Source of the DNA: Candidatus Latescibacterota bacterium
GTDB taxonomy: Bacteria; Latescibacterota; UBA2968; UBA8231
Length of the DNA stretch: 64,000 nucleotides
Reading direction: 5' to 3'
Assembly: GCA_965248265.1 (NCBI GenBank)
Contig: CBDFJF010000002.1
Coordinates: forward strand, 32,001-96,000
Shown one piece after another: positions 1-9,012 of the stretch. How positions within the stretch are numbered: position 1 is the stretch's first letter; the number at the start of each line of letters is the position of its first letter. Both the position numbers and the translations under genes were made by a program. The notes beneath the pieces are model-generated. The model worked only from the letters and a program-made list of their open reading frames with translations. It ran no database searches and was not told the origin of the DNA.

Positions 1-269
1 CCCTCGGCCCTAGCCGTCCCAATGACGCGAGAGTCGTCGCAAGCCACCAGATACACGGAGCCCGTGTGGCCGTTGAGTCGATCTATCTCCTTCGCTTCGC
101 CCGCAGCTGTGAGTTTTTTTTCGTCCCCCTCAGCCAGGGTCCAAGGACCTTCCGCCGCCACCTCCCGGCAGAGCGCAACCAGATCCTCTGCATCCTCCTC
201 GCGTGCCGCTCGAATGACGGCAGTAGTACCATCCCGCAGTCTCACATCCCGTGGCTCGATCATCGACAT
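1..269 (-). CDS. GNAT family N-acetyltransferase (3' end runs off window)
   Basis: Not in the ORF track. Manual translation from ATG at 269: MSMIEPRDVRLRDGTTAVIRAAREEDAEDLVALCREVAAEGPWTL...SVYLVACDDSRVIGTARAEG. Typical GNAT N-terminus (IRxAxxEDAxxL; YLVA...VIG). Confidence 0.75.
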   Translation of the reverse strand, partial: MSMIEPRDVRLRDGTTAVIRAAREEDAEDLVALCREVAAEGPWTLAEGDEKKLTAAGEAKEIDRLNGHTGSVYLVACDDSRVIGTARAE

Positions 270-289
270 TCCAGCGCACTGTCCTCGCG

Positions 290-356
290 AGTCTGACAAT
301 CAACCCCGGAGTAACCCATTCGTGTTGGTCCTACTGCATGCCCTTGTTAGGTGGCA
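290..356 (-). mobile_element. Partial/degenerate attC site (R'' half intact)
   Basis: Minus strand TGCCACCTAAC (356-346) contains the stop codon of the 347-757 gene. It is the exact reverse complement of the cassette start GTTAGGTGGCA (827-817). No clean GTTRRRY partner downstream. Confidence 0.55.
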
Positions 357-757
357 CCCGACTTGATCCAATCAACGGCCGTTGAACGTTGACCAAAATA
401 TCCAGTGGGAAAGCTCGCCGGGCCCTCTCGCACTGGTTCGGCTCCAATAAGCGGCATACCTGCTGGCATAACAAACGCGAATCTCGCAACTCCAACAGCG
501 TTGTACCTTGGGATGATGTTCTCGTCACGCCAGCCCGAGTTCATTCTGTCCATCGGCATCTTGAACTGAACGGAGTCCACGAGACACCCGGGGCGGCGCT
601 TTGTCTCTACACAACCTGCAAACGTACTCAGCCAATTGTTGAATTCGTCTCCGGTCATTTCTGCTGTAGTGTCATACCATCGAATTTCGACTATCTCCAA
701 GAGCGGCCGGTCGATAATTTCACCCCACTTATCCTCATACAGGATCTCGCTTGTCAT
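347..757 (-). CDS. Hypothetical protein, possibly STAS/SpoIIAA-like fold; gene cassette
   Basis: 136-aa ORF with AGGA RBS, bounded by attC cores. Fold guessed from the alternating alpha/beta pattern and the terminal 'F..R..A..W' motif. Confidence 0.6.
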   Translation of the reverse strand: MTSEILYEDKWGEIIDRPLLEIVEIRWYDTTAEMTGDEFNNWLSTFAGCVETKRRPGCLVDSVQFKMPMDRMNSGWRDENIIPRYNAVGVARFAFVMPAGMPLIGAEPVREGPASFPTGYFGQRSTAVDWIKSGAT

Positions 758-820
758 GGTTCCTCTCTATAGGTTGCGTTTGTTATAAGTTATCATTTCG
801 ACCTCCAAGGCCCACTTGCC

Positions 821-939
821 ACCTAACGAAGAAATCAGCGGCGCCTGGTGAGCGCCTTTGGCACATTGCCAACCGAAAGTTCCGAGGAACGCTGATTCAC
901 ATGCACTGTACCTGTTGTCCGCTGCAATTCATGTTAGCG
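821..939 (-). mobile_element. attC recombination site
   Basis: Minus strand CGCTAAC (939-933) ... GTTAGGT (827-821, matches GTTRRRY). Inner inverted repeat CAGCGG (836-841)/CCGCTG (919-924). Length 119 bp. Confidence 0.8.
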
Positions 940-1059
940 AGACTCTATCCAACAGCAAGGCTCATTCGGTTGGCCTACGACGAGCAGGGTCAATTGCAAA
1001 TCCGAAAAACACCAGCATTTCGCAGCGGATCGTTCTTGCTGCTCCTTCCGAAAAGATCA

Positions 1060-2064
1060 TCACTGATAATCACGCAGTATGCGTTCAAGATCCTCGATGT
1101 AGGCGCATGTTCGAGGTGGCAAGACTCGGGCAGCAGTCCAAAACCACGAAATACCTGCTGCCTGCATCGCGTGTCTGATTGCCACGTAGGTATCGTCTGG
1201 TGTCACTCGAGTACCGCCGTGCCGTTCATAGCTGTCCCAGAACTCATCCCGGAACTCGGTTGTCCCGTAGATTTCGCGTGGTTGTCGGACATCGAACTCT
1301 GATTCAATGTGGAGTTGATCTTCGAGAAGATCGCCATGGCATGCGTTCTCGAAGTCGATGACACCTGTGACATGACCACTACCATCGACCAATAGGTTGT
1401 GTAGGACGGCATCTCCCCAAACGAATGACTGGACCGGCGGGGGAACCACGGCAGTTGTTGTTGCAAGGAGTTCCCTGATGACGGGGATGCGGTCACGGGC
1501 GGTCGGGGGAAGCGTGGAAATCAAGTCGTTGTCATCGAGCAACTGACTGGTAAGCCTTTCGCGCCAATCAGATAGACCTCGCCGCGGCAAATTGCTGCCA
1601 TCGTGGTCAATCCGGTTGAGCGTCGCCGCAATTCGTCCATACTCCTGAAGTATCTGGTGTTGGACGGCCAACTCCGAGTTTTCGAACATCTCGCGGGCCG
1701 GTTTCCCAGGCAGCTCATCGCAAATCAGATACGGATGACCAAACGGCCCGTCGTCCTCGTCGCATATGCTGATAGCACCGACCGGCAGGTTTGTAGCCGA
1801 CCTGATTATCTTGAGTGCGTAATCCTGAACCCGTAAAGAGAAGCCTTCTCTGAATTTGATCTTCACGAAGTACGTCTTTTGCGGTGTATTAGCCTTGTAC
1901 ACCGCGTTTACCATGTTGGCTTCTTGTGCTTCCCATAGCTCCAGGGGCCCAAAGCCGTGTTTGTCGAACGCAAGCGCCGCCTGACGCTTGCTGAACACCG
2001 GCTTCTCGGTGACGGCTCGCTTGAAGGCTGCCCGATCGACCTCTTGGATCTCTTGGGTCACCAT
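1060..2064 (-). CDS. Aminoglycoside phosphotransferase (APH/choline kinase) family protein; gene cassette
   Basis: YFVK, 'ELPG', Brenner-like motif WGDAVLHNLLV and VIDFE. Substrate unknown. Confidence 0.8.
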   Translation of the reverse strand: MVTQEIQEVDRAAFKRAVTEKPVFSKRQAALAFDKHGFGPLELWEAQEANMVNAVYKANTPQKTYFVKIKFREGFSLRVQDYALKIIRSATNLPVGAISICDEDDGPFGHPYLICDELPGKPAREMFENSELAVQHQILQEYGRIAATLNRIDHDGSNLPRRGLSDWRERLTSQLLDDNDLISTLPPTARDRIPVIRELLATTTAVVPPPVQSFVWGDAVLHNLLVDGSGHVTGVIDFENACHGDLLEDQLHIESEFDVRQPREIYGTTEFRDEFWDSYERHGGTRVTPDDTYVAIRHAMQAAGISWFWTAARVLPPRTCAYIEDLERILRDYQ

Positions 2065-2082
2065 TTCTCAATCAACGTGTCT

Positions 2083-2199
2083 CGCTAACACAGGGATGAC
2101 CTGCGAGCGGAATTACCCTCAGCTCAGATGCGCCATGCGAAGTGCCGATTCGATTGGCTGAAACACTGTTGAAACGTCTAATGAGATCCCATGTTAGAA
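2083..2199 (-). mobile_element. attC recombination site
   Basis: Minus strand TTCTAAC (2199-2193) ... GTTAGCG (2089-2083). Stem AACA-CA-GGGAT/ATCCC-A-TGTT. Length 117 bp. The APH start codon follows about 20 nt later. Confidence 0.7.
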
Positions 2200-2267
2200 G
2201 CACACGAGCAACCAACTCTCAGGCTCCTTCGGCCCTCTCCTTTGGAGGGGCAAGGTTGTCTTGTGGA

Positions 2268-2420
2268 TCAGTCTTCCTTGAGAAGCTCATCGAATTGGAT
2301 GCCAGAACCAAGATTGTGGACGTCTGCTCTCAGGATGCCTTGTCGGTCCACAACGAAATTCCTGGGAAATCCGGTGATGGTCGCAACGACACGCCATGCA
2401 TCTCTCACGTCATCGTCGTC
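2268..2420 (-). pseudogene. C-terminal remnant of a TlpA/redoxin-like gene
   Basis: Frame reads PDDDVRDAWRVVATITGFPRNFVVDRQGILRADVHNLGSGIQFDELLKED*. GFPRNFVVDRQG resembles the cis-Pro strand of thioredoxin-fold proteins. No CxxC or N-terminus. Confidence 0.45.
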
Positions 2421-2589
2421 AGGTCATGCGGGCGCGGGCGTCCTCTTGACTCACAAGCTGACCGCCGTTCGCCTGACTGATGCCTCTCTCTATCTTGTGG
2501 ATCAGATAGAGCCGCTCGATCCCGTCCTCAACACTAGCGTCGTCCGGTAACTCCTCAATTGCTCTTAGCATCTGCTGTTTCAGTTCCAC
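2419..2589 (-). CDS. Putative small antitoxin (addiction-module type), cognate toxin absent
   Basis: GTG start; ELKQQMLRAIEELPDDASVEDGIERLYLIHKIERGISQANGGQLVSQEDARARMT. Pattern typical of short antitoxins paired with RelE/ParE toxins. Confidence 0.6.
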   Translation of the reverse strand: MELKQQMLRAIEELPDDASVEDGIERLYLIHKIERGISQANGGQLVSQEDARARMT

Positions 2590-2770
2590 GCCCTGGACCT
2601 CCGATAGGATTTGCAGCACCCGGCTATCTTGCGGGCGCCAGTCTTGTTTGAACCGAATAGTTGTATTGTACTGTTCCAGCGATTCCGATGCTGCAATTTG
2701 TGCCCAACTTCGACAGTGTCAGTGAGATCATCTCCCATTTGCGCGCTCAAGCCTCGGCCGACCTGGGTGG

Positions 2771-3085
2771 CTATGCGGTCGAAAGTGGCTCTATCCGAGC
2801 CAATTCTTTTTGATATTGTTGTTCCAACTCCCACAGGTCCCTGGTGTGTTGGGCATTCATCCAAAACTCAGGTGAGTTTCTAAATAGACGAGCCAGCTTC
2901 AGAGCCATTATCGGTGAGACAGCGCGCCGTTCGCGTAGGAGTTCGTTGATGCTCTGACGAGAGACTCCCACGGCAGTAGCCAAGGAAGTTGTCGTCAGTC
3001 CGTAATCGGGGAGAAAATCCTCGCGAAGCATTTCACCAGGGTGTGTGGGAGGTATGGTTCGCCTCCGCGTGTTAGCTATGGCCAT
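2771..3085 (-). CDS. higA: HigA family antitoxin (Xre HTH)
   Basis: PTHPGEMLREDFL, HTH, 'SPEFWMNAQ'. GAGG RBS before ATG at 3085. Confidence 0.92.
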   Translation of the reverse strand: MAIANTRRRTIPPTHPGEMLREDFLPDYGLTTTSLATAVGVSRQSINELLRERRAVSPIMALKLARLFRNSPEFWMNAQHTRDLWELEQQYQKELARIEPLSTA

Positions 3086-3098
3086 GGTCGTAACTCCC

Positions 3099-3285
3099 TC
3101 AATGATAGTCTGTGATTTCCACATCGTAGGCGTCTCCATCGACGAATCGAAAACAGATGCGCCATTGGTTGTTGATCGAAATAGAATGTTGTCCTTTGCG
3201 GTCCCCCCTCAAGGGATGCAGGCGGTTACTGGTCGGAGTTCGCAGATCCCTCAAGCTCTGAGCGAGGTCGATGTACTCCAATCAT
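3099..3285 (-). pseudogene. higB: HigB (RelE-family plasmid-killer type) toxin with internal 5' deletion
   Basis: Only the C-terminal 60 aa are present (DLRTPTSNRLHPLRGDRKGQHSISINNQWRICFRF...VEITDYH). The ATG ATT at 3285 is out of frame with this half. Confidence 0.75.
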
Positions 3286-3294
3286 GACCTGTAA

Positions 3295-3313
3295 TGTCAC
3301 GCGTCACGTGACA
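3295..3313. promoter_or_regulatory. Palindromic operator upstream of higBA
   Basis: TGTCACG-cgtca-CGTGACA, a perfect 7-bp inverted repeat about 10 nt upstream of the higB ATG. TA operons are typically autorepressed through such palindromes. Confidence 0.6.
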
Positions 3314-3329
3314 CTTGGCAATCGCCCGT

Positions 3330-3908
3330 TCACTTTCCTCGGCCGTGTCGGTACCGCAGCAACCCAACCAGCGTCTTCGCATCCACAATCTCCCCCGCAT
3401 CCAGTGCCCGCCAGATCTCCGCCTCCTCTATCTCCACCACCTCGATATCCTCCCCCTCCACCTCGAGACCACCGCCCCTGTCCACCCGATCGACATCCTC
3501 AACCTCGGCGAAGAACAGGAAGATCCGCTCCGATGATCCACCAGGTGTCAGATAGAACGAGCCGACGAACTCGAGCTCCCTGGCTCGGTACCCCGCTTCC
3601 TCCAGCAACTCCCGCCGTGCCACCTCCTCCGGCTCCTGCCCTGGTTCAATCACTCCCGCTACTGTCTCGAGCAACCAGCCCGGCCCCTTCTCATGCGTGG
3701 AATAGCGGAACTGCCGCACGAACACAAAGCACCCTCGCCCTGCATTGTGCACGATTACTGCAGCTCCATCCCCTCGTTCCAGGTGCAGCCGCCGCAAAAC
3801 CGGGCTCATACTCCCGTTCCTGCGCTGGTGGCGAAACTGGACTTCCTCTATTTTGAAAAAGCCCTCGAAGACACAATTCCTCGAGTGGATTTCTACCTTT
3901 TCCGTCAT
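3330..3908 (-). CDS. NUDIX hydrolase, ADP-ribose pyrophosphatase (NudF/NudK-like)
   Basis: Nudix box AGVIEPGQEPEEVARRELLEEAG; RQFRY; TPGGSSE; EDIEV; DAKT. Confidence 0.9.
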   Translation of the reverse strand: MTEKVEIHSRNCVFEGFFKIEEVQFRHQRRNGSMSPVLRRLHLERGDGAAVIVHNAGRGCFVFVRQFRYSTHEKGPGWLLETVAGVIEPGQEPEEVARRELLEEAGYRARELEFVGSFYLTPGGSSERIFLFFAEVEDVDRVDRGGGLEVEGEDIEVVEIEEAEIWRALDAGEIVDAKTLVGLLRYRHGRGK

Positions 3909-4041
3909 CGCTGCTCTCTCTGAAGTTTTCCGGATTGACAGATTCAACCAACAAATAGCACACGTGGACTCCCCTGTCCAAGGCCACGCGGCCACCAGGA
4001 AACGGGGTTCGAAGTAGATAAAATAGGAGACACCCAATATC

Positions 4042-4890
4042 ATGAATTACGGTCAGGCAGGCTGGGGCAAGACCAATCGGATGGCCCAGGTATTTAGACC
4101 CGACAACAAAGGCAACGTGCACACGGTCATGCTGGCCGTTGATCATCCGTACTTTTACGGCCCCACTACGGGACTGGAAGATCCCCGTGAAACCATCCGG
4201 CCGCTGGTGCCCTATGCCGACGCCATCTCACCGGCCAAGGGCAGTCTGGTGTTTTCGCTGGACCCGCTGGTGCCGACGCCCGTTATCCTGCGCGTCACCG
4301 GCGGCAACAGCATGACGCGGCGGGAAGAGCTCTCAAACGAGCACATCATTACATCCGTAGAAGAAGCCGTCAAACTGAATGCCGTTGGCGTCTCGGTGTC
4401 CGTCTACATCGACACCGAGCACCAGTCGCAGACCCTGCGCAGCCTGGGCGCCCTGGCCAATGAAGCCAGCAAGTACGACCTGCTCGTTCTCGGTATCACC
4501 GCCGTCGGCGCCAAACTGGAGCCGATGGTCAAGGGGGAAGGGGAGGGGAGCGCCGATTTCGATGCGGCCCGCTACTTCGCCCACGCCGGCCGCATCATCC
4601 AGGAGAACGGCGCCGACATCGTCAAGACCTATTTCGTCGACGGCTGGGACGAAGTCCGCAATGGCATTCAGGCGCCAATCGTCATTGCCGGTGGCAAGAA
4701 GGTGCCCGAAAAAGAAGCCCTCGAGTTCACGTCGCAGGCCATCCAGGCCGGTGCCGACGGGGTCGACATGGGTCGCAATATCTTCCAGTCAGAGAATCCG
4801 GTGGCCATGATTCAGGCCGTGCGCTCGGTTGTGCACCAGGGCAATACACCGGAGCAAGGACTCGAGTTGTTCGAGAGCTTGCGGAGTTAA
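4042..4890 (+). CDS. lsrF: Class I aldolase, LsrF/DhnA family
   Basis: MLAVDH, GPTTGLE, GADIVKTY (Schiff-base Lys), VIAGG, MGRNIFQ. Confidence 0.8.
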   Translation: MNYGQAGWGKTNRMAQVFRPDNKGNVHTVMLAVDHPYFYGPTTGLEDPRETIRPLVPYADAISPAKGSLVFSLDPLVPTPVILRVTGGNSMTRREELSNEHIITSVEEAVKLNAVGVSVSVYIDTEHQSQTLRSLGALANEASKYDLLVLGITAVGAKLEPMVKGEGEGSADFDAARYFAHAGRIIQENGADIVKTYFVDGWDEVRNGIQAPIVIAGGKKVPEKEALEFTSQAIQAGADGVDMGRNIFQSENPVAMIQAVRSVVHQGNTPEQGLELFESLRS

Positions 4891-4895
4891 CCTGC

Positions 4896-5924
4896 GTGAA
4901 AGTCGGCGTCTACCATAACAACAGCGACGTACGCCTGGAGGAGCGAGCCACTCCCGAAGTAGGTCCTGGCGATCTGTTGATGGAAGTGAAGGCGAGCGGA
5001 ATCTGCGGCAGCGACATCATGGAGTGGTACCGCATAAAGCGCGCCCCCCTCATCCTCGGCCACGAAGTAACCGGCGACATCGTCGAGGTCGGGGAGGGAG
5101 TGGAGGGATTCTCGGTCGGCGATCGCATCTTCTCCACGCATCATGTACCCTGCTACGAGTGCCGCGATTGCCTCAATGGGTATCACACCGCTTGCGAGGT
5201 TTTCCACGGCGAGAACAATTTCGACCCGGGTGGCTTCGCCCAGTTCCTGCGCATCAGCGGGCGATCTGTTCCCATGGGCACGATGCGGCTGCCGGACGAG
5301 GTGTCGTACGACGCCGGCTCCTTCATCGAGCCGCTGGGCACGGTCGTGCGCGGTCAGCGTGAGATTGGCATCACCCCCGGAGAGACCGTGCTGTTATTGG
5401 GCAGTGGTCTGATCGGCCTGCTGCAGATCAAGCTGATGCGTGCCCTCGGTGTCGGCCGCATAATCGCTACCGACATCCAGGACTACCGACTACAACAAGC
5501 CACCCGCGTCGGCGCCGACCATGTCTGCAATGCAGCTGGGGATGTGGCCGCGTTCGTGCGCGAAGTCAACGGCGGCCGCCTGGCCGACAAGGTCATCGTC
5601 AGCACGGGAGCGTTATCGGCTGCACAGACGGGGCTGCAGTGCGTGGAAAAAGGAGGCACCGTCCTGTTCTTCGCCGTACCCAAACCGGACGAAGAGCTCA
5701 ACATCGACATCAACGCCTTCTGGCGGGACTCCAAGAGCGTCAAAGTCAGCTACGGCGCTGCGCCCATCGACAATCAACAGGCCCTTGATCTGATTCGTAC
5801 CGGCCGGGTCGAGGTCGAGGACATGATTACACACCGCCTGCCTCTGGACGACATCGGCGAGGGCTTTCGCCTTACCTGCGACGGGACGAACAGTCTCAAG
5901 GTCATCATCGAGCCGAATCGATAG
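4896..5924 (+). CDS. Zn-dependent alcohol/polyol dehydrogenase
   Basis: GICGSD, LGHE, structural-Zn CxxCxxC..C, GSGLIG. Confidence 0.9.
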   Translation: MKVGVYHNNSDVRLEERATPEVGPGDLLMEVKASGICGSDIMEWYRIKRAPLILGHEVTGDIVEVGEGVEGFSVGDRIFSTHHVPCYECRDCLNGYHTACEVFHGENNFDPGGFAQFLRISGRSVPMGTMRLPDEVSYDAGSFIEPLGTVVRGQREIGITPGETVLLLGSGLIGLLQIKLMRALGVGRIIATDIQDYRLQQATRVGADHVCNAAGDVAAFVREVNGGRLADKVIVSTGALSAAQTGLQCVEKGGTVLFFAVPKPDEELNIDINAFWRDSKSVKVSYGAAPIDNQQALDLIRTGRVEVEDMITHRLPLDDIGEGFRLTCDGTNSLKVIIEPNR

Positions 5925-6012
5925 CACCTGACGATCCGCTTCGGCCAGTGAGTTTCCATGACACCGGGTACGAGTCTGCTGGCACATTGTCATTGACCAA
6001 ACCAAGTCCCGA

Positions 6013-6390
6013 CTAAAGCTCGACCGCTCGCGCGACCCTCCCATCGACCACTTTAAGTCTTGTCCCGCATGGCGCATGCTGCAGCTCCGAATCCGACCCG
6101 AGTACATCCGCACCAAAATTTTCACCGCACACCGGGCATGAATACTGTCTCGCGGTCAGCCGCTCGAAGAAGACCTTGGTAACGAACACGCATGCAAGCG
6201 CACTGGCGATTGCAGTCACGTACATGTCTGAGTGATTGAACGATGATCTGGTGAGCAGGAAGGCACTACCTTCGCCAACCAGCCAGGCCAGCGGACCAAG
6301 AAAAGCCCACCTCAGGTTGAGGTGCTTTCTCTTCAGCGTGGCTCGCAGGAGTGCATAGGCGCCTGACAGGCCAATGATTTCAAGCAACAT
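6013..6390 (-). CDS. Hypothetical membrane protein with C-terminal CxxC/HxxC knuckle
   Basis: Three hydrophobic segments, then CPVCG...HAPCG. Confidence 0.55.
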   Translation of the reverse strand: MLLEIIGLSGAYALLRATLKRKHLNLRWAFLGPLAWLVGEGSAFLLTRSSFNHSDMYVTAIASALACVFVTKVFFERLTARQYSCPVCGENFGADVLGSDSELQHAPCGTRLKVVDGRVARAVEL

Positions 6391-6461
6391 TCCGTGCTCC
6401 AGGCGTCAACTGAACACAGCTTCAGTTCGGGCAAGGGACGTCTACGATGGAAGGCGCACTC

Positions 6462-7709
6462 TCAAGCTCGAAATACGTCTCCGATGATCTGTACACCAAC
6501 CTCATCACCCGCCTCCGCTCGCTGTCCCGGCTCAAGCACGACCACTCCGTTGGCCCCAAGCATGGAAGTCAGGATATGCGAGCCCTGAGCCCGGTAAGCG
6601 GTGTCCGCCATCAACTGATCGCCATCCCAATCAAGGCGGGCGCGCTGGTACTCCCGGCGATCACCGCCGTTGCCGACCGGGTGACGCATACGAGCGCGCG
6701 CTGTCGGCAACAGCCAGTCGCTCTCCGCAAACCCGGAGGCCTTGCGCACGGCCGGTCGTACGAACTGAAGGAACGACATCAGGCTTGAGACGGGATTTCC
6801 CGGCAGGCCGAAGAATGGCTTGCCGCGCAGCAGGCAGAAGAACAGGGGTTTGCCCGGTTTCATGGCGACCCGCCACAGCACCTGCTCGGCTTCCATCTCT
6901 TTGAGGATGTCTTTGATGAAGTCGTACTCGCCGACGGAGACGCCGCCGGAAGAAAGGACGAAATCGCTGCCCAATGCCATTTCGATGGTGCGACGGATCT
7001 GGTCCTCGTTGTCTGGGGCGGTGGGCAGCATGACCGGTACTCCGCCGTGCGCCAGCACCATGGCAGCCAGGCTGGCGGTGTTGCTGTTGACGATCTTGCC
7101 CGGCTCCAGGGGCTCATCGATTTCTACCAGTTCATCGCCCGTCGAGAGAATAGCGACGGTCGGTTGGCGGTACACGGGCACAAAGGTTCGTTGTAGCGAG
7201 GCCAGGACACCGACTTCGCCAGCAGTCAAAACGGTGCCGGCAGGCATCAGGACTTCCCCCGTGCGCATATCCTCGCCGCTACGGCGTATATGGGTGCCCT
7301 TTTCTTCAGGCACCATGATGTCGACACTCGACTTCTCTGTGGCCTTGGTGTCCTCGACCTTGATAACCGTGTCGATGCCGGCAGGTATGGGCGCGCCGGT
7401 CATGACGCGACTGGCCTGCCCCGGTCCGACCTCTTTCTTTCCGATGTAGCCAGCGGGGATTTCTTCGATGACCTCAAGGCTCACCGGATTCTCCGCCGAC
7501 GCGCCGGCAATGTCGTCGAAACGGACGGCATAGCCATCCATGGCGGAGTTGTCGTGCGGCGGGTTGTCGTAGGTCGCCTTTTCGTCGCGGGCGAGCACAC
7601 GGTTCAGGGCGTCCAGTAGGGACACCCGCTCGACACCGAGGACGTTGATCCGCGCCAGTACCAGTTGCTGCGCTCGTTCCGGAGTGGTCACTGCATTCGA
7701 GTCAGTCAT
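6462..7709 (-). CDS. moeA: Molybdopterin molybdotransferase MoeA
   Basis: NSAMDGYAV, MTGAPIP, ILSTGDEL, SSGGVSVG, MKPGKP, LPGNPVS. Start placed at MTDSN. Confidence 0.95.
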   Translation of the reverse strand: MTDSNAVTTPERAQQLVLARINVLGVERVSLLDALNRVLARDEKATYDNPPHDNSAMDGYAVRFDDIAGASAENPVSLEVIEEIPAGYIGKKEVGPGQASRVMTGAPIPAGIDTVIKVEDTKATEKSSVDIMVPEEKGTHIRRSGEDMRTGEVLMPAGTVLTAGEVGVLASLQRTFVPVYRQPTVAILSTGDELVEIDEPLEPGKIVNSNTASLAAMVLAHGGVPVMLPTAPDNEDQIRRTIEMALGSDFVLSSGGVSVGEYDFIKDILKEMEAEQVLWRVAMKPGKPLFFCLLRGKPFFGLPGNPVSSLMSFLQFVRPAVRKASGFAESDWLLPTARARMRHPVGNGGDRREYQRARLDWDGDQLMADTAYRAQGSHILTSMLGANGVVVLEPGQRAEAGDEVGVQIIGDVFRA

Positions 7710-9012
7710 GGATATGAAAATACCGAGTGATCGAGGCCAGACAAGGCGGCGGGGACGCCTGATGCTCATCCTGCCAGCATCAACCTACAATACGATTGAG
7801 TTCATGACCGCGGCTGGGAAGTTGGATGTTGATATCGTCGTCGGTTCGGATCGGGGGCAGGTGTTGGAGTCGCAATTGCCGGCCGGATTGCTGCAATTGG
7901 ACTTCGACGCGCCCGATCACGCGACCCAACAGATTCGCGACTATGCAGCGCAATGGCCCCTGGATGCGGTGATTGGCGTTGACGACCACACGGCGCTGCT
8001 GGCCTCTGTGGCCAGTGAGGCGCTCGGGATTCCGCACAACGCGGCCGACGCCGTGCGCGCTGCCGGCAACAAGCTGCTGATGCGCCGGAAACTGGCTCAG
8101 TCGGAATTGCCCAAGCCGGGGTTCGAGGTCGCGGACTTGAGTGCGGATGTCGCTGAGATCGCCGCCCGCGTGTCGTATCCGTGCGTGCTCAAGCCGTTGT
8201 TTTTGGCGGCCAGTCGCGGGGTCATTCGGGTCGATGACGCGGTGCAGTTCGATGCTGCCTTCCAGCGCATTCGCAGTCTGCTTACCCAGCCGAAGATCAC
8301 CCGCAGGGGCGGCGAGGCAGCGCAGTTCATTCTGATCGAAGATTTCGTGCCCGGAATCGAGGTAGCCGTTGAGGGTTTGCTCACTGATGGCCGGCTGCGG
8401 GTTCTGGCTGTGTTCGACAAGCCGGATCCACTGGAAGGGCCTTATTTTGCAGAAACTATTTACGTGACTCCTTCCAGGCTCGACGACCAGGTACAATCTC
8501 GGGTGGCGGCGCATGTCGAAAAGGCAGCTGCGGCCCTCGGCCTTCGCGAGGGCCCGGTCCATGCCGAGTTGCGGCTGGGCAGTCGTTCTGAATCGGATGA
8601 TATCTTTGTCATCGAGATTGCCGCGCGCTCCATCGGCGGCTTGTGCTCGCGGGTTCTCGAATTCGGCGCCGGTATATCGCTGGAAGAGCTGGTCCTGCGC
8701 CACGCACTGGGGTTGCCCGTGGACGCGCTCGAGCGCACGGGTGTTGCAGGCGGGGTGATGATGCTGCCGGTCCCGGTGCGTGGGCGGTTGTGTGGGGTGG
8801 ATGGGATTGACGCCGCCGGCATGGTCCCCGGTATCGAGGAGATCCTCATTACTATTCCAGCTGGGAAAGAGGTTTTCCCATTGCCCGAGGGGGATCGCTA
8901 CCTGGGATTTCTCTTCGCCAAAGGGGATTCTCCTGCTGGCGTCGAGGCCTCGCTACGGGAGGCGTACGGGAAGCTGCACGTCGTGATAGAAGCTGAGGAG
9001 GAGATGGAGTGA
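7708..9012 (+). CDS. ATP-grasp domain ligase (L-amino-acid-ligase-like)
   Basis: NKLLMR, YPCVLKP, ASRGV, IEDFVPGIEVAVEG, HAELR, IEIAARSIGG. Start uncertain (7708-7762). Confidence 0.85.
   Translation: MDMKIPSDRGQTRRRGRLMLILPASTYNTIEFMTAAGKLDVDIVVGSDRGQVLESQLPAGLLQLDFDAPDHATQQIRDYAAQWPLDAVIGVDDHTALLASVASEALGIPHNAADAVRAAGNKLLMRRKLAQSELPKPGFEVADLSADVAEIAARVSYPCVLKPLFLAASRGVIRVDDAVQFDAAFQRIRSLLTQPKITRRGGEAAQFILIEDFVPGIEVAVEGLLTDGRLRVLAVFDKPDPLEGPYFAETIYVTPSRLDDQVQSRVAAHVEKAAAALGLREGPVHAELRLGSRSESDDIFVIEIAARSIGGLCSRVLEFGAGISLEELVLRHALGLPVDALERTGVAGGVMMLPVPVRGRLCGVDGIDAAGMVPGIEEILITIPAGKEVFPLPEGDRYLGFLFAKGDSPAGVEASLREAYGKLHVVIEAEEEME

Noticed and set aside
5940-6450. Possible solo gene cassette around the 6013-6390 membrane protein gene
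   Set aside because: The flanks (GTTCAGTTGAC / GTCAATGAC) only loosely resemble attC cores and I found no supporting stem.
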